This document shows, piece by piece, positions 56,503 to 64,000 of a stretch of DNA of 64,000 nt. Within the stretch, counting starts at the first letter, position 1. Each line of letters begins with the position of its first letter. The notes under the pieces were generated by a model. The model did no database searches. It worked only from the letters and a program-made list of their open reading frames with translations, and was not told where the DNA came from. Both the position numbers and the translations under genes were made by a program. This stretch comes from the human T2T-CHM13v2.0 reference genome, Homo sapiens, in the NCBI RefSeq assembly GCF_009914755.1, contig NC_060941.1, one strand, 5' to 3'.

Positions 56503-57138
56503 TAAAGTATTCTGTATTTTGAGGGGGCAGCCAGACACAGGCTTAATTCCATTCGGGATGAGGAAGGGAGTACGAACCCCGCACTGGTCCCAGAGGCAGA
56601 TACAGGGCCTCGGGGCCCATGGTTTCCTCCCTGACTCCTCTGTTACCAGGATGTGGAGGGACCCTCTGGCCTAGGTCCCTGTTTCTACAGTGGGGGGACT
56701 TGGAACAGGTCAGTAGAGACAGAAAACAGCCCAGTATCAGCCCCAGCAGTTCTCCCAATTCAGTCTCACTCAAGATGCTGGAAGCCTTCTCCACAGCCAC
56801 AGGCAAACAAAGCTACCTCCAAGACTGAGAGGATTTCGGGAAATGGGGAACAGGGGTCACTACCCTAAAAATACTTGGAGAGTGTGAGGCATACACGTGA
56901 ATGAAATCACTCAGGGTACTAAGGTGAAAGCTAGAAAAGTAGTTTGTCTTCAAGTCAAAAATAACATTACTGTTTTGTTTTTAAAGCCCTAAAGAATAGG
57001 GATTCTCATCAGCTACCAAAACAATGATTCTGCAGTCAAAGATACATTTCAGGCTGGGTGTGGTGGCTCATGCCTGTAATCCCAGCACTTCGGGAGGCTG
57101 AGGCGGGCAGATCACCTGAGGTCAGGAGTTCGAGATCA

Positions 57139-57703
<565 letters not shown>

Positions 57704-58138
57704 TTAGGAGCCTTAGCTCCCATGGCAGCAGCCCAGAGCGAAAGGAATTTTGAAAAATGATTTAGTCCAATCCCTCAGTGCTTCAGGCAGAAGAGAGCAA
57801 TTTATTGTCCATTGTCTTTAAAAATCACCACCTCAATGCTCAAGAAAAAAGAGGTCCCACTGCCTTACCCAGTAGCTCATTATGAGTCAGGAAGTTGTTT
57901 TTTGAGTATAACCCAGTTCTTCCCTACTTTGATTTAGGTGACTTTCCCACTGAGGACACTAGATAGCATCTCTGGTGAAAGCAGCTAGCTACCTTCATTG
58001 ACACATCGGCTGGGTACAGGGTCATTAAGAGAGGTGGGAAATTATCCACAGTCCTTCAAGTTTTAGTTTTCTTTTCCTATGAGTCTTTTTTTTAATGTAA
58101 AAGTTGGTTCTAATAAAAACATGTAATTAGATAATTAC

Positions 58139-58192
58139 CTTTATTATCATTTATTGGTTTCATTGCATGGTTTCCGACATCGTCATTGTGAC
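58139..58192 (-). CDS. PECAM1: PECAM1 exon 12, 54 bp: (G)HNDDVGNHAMKPINDNK(E)
   Basis: CTAG acceptor, GTAATT donor, phase 1-1. Matches the recalled CD31 tail except Gly at the known R670G site. Confidence 0.96.
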
Positions 58193-58514
58193 CTAGTTGA
58201 AAAATAACAATTAGGGTGAGTGACAAGGGAAATTCTAGTTTTCTAAAACCTTTTAAAAATTCAGTACCCCTAACAAAGTCAAGCCTGATTTATTCAGTGT
58301 AGTGACAACCAGCACTGTCTCTGGGTCCTGGGTCCCCTCGTTGGCCCTCCTGTGGGCTCCATTTGACCTGCTGTGTAGTCTTTTTCTTTTTTTCTTTCTT
58401 TCTTTTTTTTTTTTTTTTGAGGCAATGTCTTGCTCTGTCACCCAGGCTGGAGTGCAGTGGTGCGATCCCAGCTCACTGCAGCCTCCTCCTCCCAGATTCC
58501 AGCGATTCTCCTAG

Positions 58515-58763
<249 letters not shown>

Positions 58764-59367
58764 TAGCTGGGATTATAAACATGTACCACCATGCCCAGCT
58801 AATTTTTTGTATTTTTAGTAGAAACAGGGTTACACCATGTTGGCCAGGGTGGTTTTGAACTGCTGACCTCAAGTGATCCACCTACCTCGGCCTCCCAAAG
58901 TGTTGAGATTACAGGCGTGAGCCACCGCGCCCAGCCTAGAATATAGTTTCTTAAACAATATATTTGCTCGTTTCTATTTACTGACACATTACTTTTATTA
59001 CTACAAATATTTTATTTTCCTTTTTTAAAGTTTATGATTCAGTACTATATGAATTACTCAATTCTTAAAACATATTTCTCAAGCAAAATATGTCTCTGTA
59101 AAAAGTATATCCTAAAAATTTCTTATTTTGTGAGACATTTATAGAATTAGAAAAGAACATGAGCATTCTATGACCAAACCTGCTGATAAAGCAAGAAAAG
59201 TGGCTGGGCTCAGGGGCTCACACCTGTAATCCCAGCACTTTGGGAGGCCAAGGCAGAAGGATTTCTTAAGCCCAGGAGTCTGAAACCAGCATTGGTAGAG
59301 TGCCATCTCTACAAAAAATAAAAATTAGCTGGGCATGGTGGCACATGCCTGTGATCCCAGCTACTCA

Positions 59368-59607
<240 letters not shown>

Positions 59608-60148
59608 TTAAGAACTCCTAGGACTGGCTACTCATTCAGCTGAGCTGACCCTGAAGCTACTGATGAGCCTTATGAATAGATATTTCTTAGTTGGAACACT
59701 TTATTTATGCCTTTACTGAGAGAATATTGAAATTGCTTTCCCTTTGTGGCAAATTTGAAGTAAAACTGTCTTGTGCTTGTAATAATTCCATCTGAGAAGA
59801 TGTTTTACCAATGTTTTCATTCAATATCTGGTCTCTGTCTTGAAAATGGAGAATTATAATATTACGCTGGAGCAATGTTCAAAGTCTTTGAAGGCATTAT
59901 GATTATTCTCCATCTTTCTTCTACGGGGAGTTTGGAAGGTGGCAAAGTTAGAATAAAATATGTTACCTTTCCTTTTACGTTTCCGTATATTACATGGCCC
60001 AGTGGCTGATGAGATGAAGTACCCTGTTGAAGCCAGGGTTTCTCTTCCAACTGTAATCCCACCACTTACATATTCTGCTTCTGAGAGGGCTAAGGAAGTA
60101 TGTAGCAAGTTGGGGGAAATTAGAAATGGCAGGAGAACATGACTTTAC

Positions 60149-60222
60149 CGTAATGACTGTTAGCTTCCATATTGGGATCTGACATTTTCTCGTTGTTGGA
60201 GTTCAGAAGTGGTACTGCTGGC
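60149..60222 (-). CDS. PECAM1: PECAM1 exon 11, 74 bp: (R)[24 protein letters not shown](G)
   Basis: Peptide is visible in ORF 60120..60401; TTTTAAG acceptor and GTAAAG donor. Confidence 0.97.
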
Positions 60223-60350
60223 CTTAAAATGAAATATAAAAACAGAAAACAATATATAGATATATTTGTTGTTGTTATTGTTCTAACCCCAAACCACCAA
60301 AGTAAACAAGGGAAGATCATGAGAAAACCAGGAAGAGTTTTCCAAGGTAA

Positions 60351-60626
<276 letters not shown>

Positions 60627-61064
60627 TGAACTCCTGACCTCAGGTGATCTGCCTGCCTCAGCCTCCCAAAGTGCTGGGATTACAGGTGCGAGCCACCATG
60701 CTTGGCGGTGATAAAACTTTTTCCTATTAAAATAAACATCAGGACCAAAGCACACATGAATACCAGGAGTCCTTCACAGGCTACTACCAAGCCCCTGAAA
60801 TTCTTATCCCACGCTACTGTTTCTCTCTGGAACAGAGCAATCATTTCTATACTTTTGGATTTGGGATTTCAACAACAGTAAAGGTAGTAAAACCATTTTT
60901 TAAAGGCCAACTCTATTTTGTCAAATTTTAAAAAATTTATCTACTACCATTATAATTTCATAAAGAAAGGGAGATTTCACAAATAATCATGTAGGAAGGA
61001 CATGATCTCAGAATAAAAGCCATTCCTTCCCATGAAAGGACAATTGGCATTCTTCCACGGAGAT

Positions 61065-61113
61065 ACACACACACACACACACACACACACAACTCACACA
61101 CACAACTCACACT
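61065..61113 (+). repeat. (CA)n microsatellite in PECAM1 intron 10
   Basis: Seen directly. Confidence 0.92.
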
Positions 61114-61240
61114 CAAGGAAGGCCTATATTTTTCTAAGTTTGCCAAGAGCCACTGAAAACTTCCTAATGACCAGAATCTCCCTCCAGACATGTCCACCGT
61201 GCTCACAGAGCAGCCGCCCCCTTCTTACAAATACACTCAC

Positions 61241-61268
61241 CTGGACATTTCCACTGGCATCTGCTTGG
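61241..61268 (-). CDS. PECAM1: PECAM1 exon 10, 28 bp: (A)KQMPVEMS(R)
   Basis: Minus strand reads TTTTAAAG|CCAAGCAGATGCCAGTGGAAATGTCCAG|GTGAGT; joins exons 9 and 11 in frame. Confidence 0.96.
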
Positions 61269-61327
61269 CTTTAAAACAGAAAACGAAAAACCAAAGTCAG
61301 TATACAGTACCCACATCCATACCACTA

Positions 61328-61367
61328 TAATGGCCAAAACGCCAATGGCTTTTGCACTAACCTAATA
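61328..61367. mobile_element. Half MADE1 (Hsmar1 MITE) near the exon 10 acceptor
   Basis: taatggccaaaacgccaatggcttttgcactaacctaata matches one MADE1 arm plus TA. Confidence 0.65.
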
Positions 61368-61638
61368 GATAGAAAACACTTTTCTTTTCTTTTTGTTTTA
61401 CTCCTAGTAAGCTGTGAAGGAACACTCTTTTCAGCTACGTTTGACTTCCCAGAAGATTGAATACCCAGAAAAAGAGAGAAAAAGAAGCCAAATATATTCA
61501 CTCTTTTACAAAAGACAGAAAAGAAAGAGGTATTCTCTTGGTCTTATACCAAGATATTTCCCCAGAAACATGATATCTTGACTATTTTAGCCAGAAGTGA
61601 TTTTTGTTAGTGAAATATGATGGAAAAAGAGACAATGA

Positions 61639-61812
<174 letters not shown>

Positions 61813-62681
61813 TGAGTAGCTGCAATTACAGGCACCCATCACCACGTCTGGCCAATTTTTTGTATTTTTAGTAGAGATGGGGGTTTCACCATGTTGTCCC
61901 GGCTAGTCTTGAACTCCTGACCTCAAGTGATCTGCCTGCCTTGGCCTCCCAAAGTGCTGGAATTACAGGTGTGAGCCACCGTGCCTGACCACTCTCTTTG
62001 ATTCCAGATAATTACAAAAAGTAAAGGCGAAATCAATCCCTGCGTTTGTAACTCGAAGCTGGCCTAAGATCAACGCCAGGGTGTGCTCTATCTTCCTTGA
62101 TGGGTGGCAGCTTTCCTGACAAAAACCAGGGCCCCTCCTCACCCCATCTTCCCCTCCCATCCTGGGCAGCAGCACCAGAGGCTCCAAAAGAACCTACCTT
62201 ATCCCACAAAAAAATTTTTGCAGGATTTACTGATGCTCTGCCCTTTTCCTTGAGTCTTGGACAGCTGACTCTGATTCCTGGTTATCAGCAGGTGGTCCTG
62301 GCTGCTCAGCCGGGCTTACTTAGCTAACCCCAAGCATAGGGTAGAAGTCACAGCACAACCACCAGGTTAATTACAAAGCATTCAATGTGTGTGTGCAACA
62401 TGTGGGTGTTATGCGCATGTTTGTGTGTCTCCAAGACGCTTGCACCCCACTCTACACGCATTACAGGACTAGGTGTGGACAAATCTACAGAAATGGCTTC
62501 TTCTAACCACACAAAGATGTAATTTCCCCCCAAATTTATCTTTTCTGGTTTGCCCAATGAGGAAAATAATAGCTTTCATTTTTGCCTAGCTGAATCCAGG
62601 GGTCAGAAAAGCACCACGCATCCCTGGCTGGTTTCCTGGCAAGGACGACCAGTCAGTATGGAAGGAAAGAACTATGCTCAC

Positions 62682-62789
62682 CCTTGGCTTTCCTCAGAAA
62701 ATAACATTTGGCCGCAATGATCAAGAGAGCAATGATCACTCCGATGATAACCACTGCAATAAGTCCTTTCTTCCATGGGGCAAGAATGA
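62682..62789 (-). CDS. PECAM1: PECAM1 exon 9 (transmembrane helix), 108 bp, phase 1-1: (V)ILAPWKKGLIAVVIIGVIIALLIIAAKCYFLRKAK(A)
   Basis: Translation matches the CD31 transmembrane segment as I recall it. Acceptor TTTTCAG at 62790-62791 follows a long pyrimidine tract; donor GTGAGC at 62681. Upstream exons are outside the window. Confidence 0.98.
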
Positions 62790-62904
62790 CTGAAAACAAA
62801 ACAAAACAAAAAATTTTTTTTGTATATAGGCTCTTCCTCTGCCAGGAAGAAATAATATCAGGCTTAAGCAACAAAAGTCAGTCTGATTCTCACAGCTCTT
62901 GTAA

Positions 62905-63545
<641 letters not shown>

Positions 63546-64000
63546 TGACCCAATCCCCTTGGCTACAGGTGGTCTGTGGTTGGATGTTTGACCCAAGATG
63601 ACTCAATGGTGAGTCTGCCAACAATTTGTAATTGGAACGATGTGACATTCTCCCAATTCCTTATAATAATCGATTTCTCTTTTTTACTTAATTTGAGTGG
63701 GTTTCTGTCACTTGCAACCAAGAGCCTGGAGGACATTACTCTCCTAGCCTTCAGTCACATAAGCTAGACTCCCCCCCAACTCCCTCTTACAAGGGGTGTG
63801 TTTTCTGGTCTTGCCCTTGGGAGCCCACAGCACAGCTTGCTATGGAGACCCTGACTCACCTCTGACTGTCAGTATTTTGCTTCTGGGGACACTGGAGGCG
63901 TGGTTGGCTCTGTTGAAGGCTGTGCAGTAATACTCTCCCTCCTGTTCCTTGTTAGCCTTCTGCTTGGTCCAAAATGCCTGGGTGGCATTTGAGGTCATTT

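Noticed and set aside
61328-61367. miR-548-type hairpin from MADE1
   Set aside because: Only one arm is present, so no precursor hairpin can form.
62653-62874. ORFs 62653..62874, 60120..60401, 49364..49615 and 37296..37532 as standalone small proteins
   Set aside because: Each is a PECAM1 exon read through into flanking intron.

Overview
Human (primate) genomic DNA, extremely Alu-dense. I read it as the 3' half of PECAM1 (CD31, chr17q23.3) on the minus strand plus about 27 kb of downstream intergenic sequence. Eight coding exons (9-16: transmembrane helix and cytoplasmic tail with both ITIMs) splice by hand into one continuous frame with GT-AG junctions. The 3' UTR has a proximal poly(A) signal at 30263-30272 and a distal one at 27175-27180, which lies inside a solo ERV1 LTR (MER50-like). 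The window also holds an RPL31 processed pseudogene, MaLR/ERV LTRs, DNA-transposon fossils, MIR/L2/L1 fragments and microsatellites. I found no new protein-coding system; almost all listed ORFs are Alu or low-complexity artefacts. The most interesting structure is the PECAM1 3' end: a duplicated, singly mutated poly(A) module in intron 15, a proximal poly(A) site inside an inverted-Alu loop, and an LTR-donated distal site. There is also a recurring set of locally templated inverted or duplicated insertions that look like DNA-repair scars. Repeat family names come from memory of consensus sequences, not from a RepeatMasker run.
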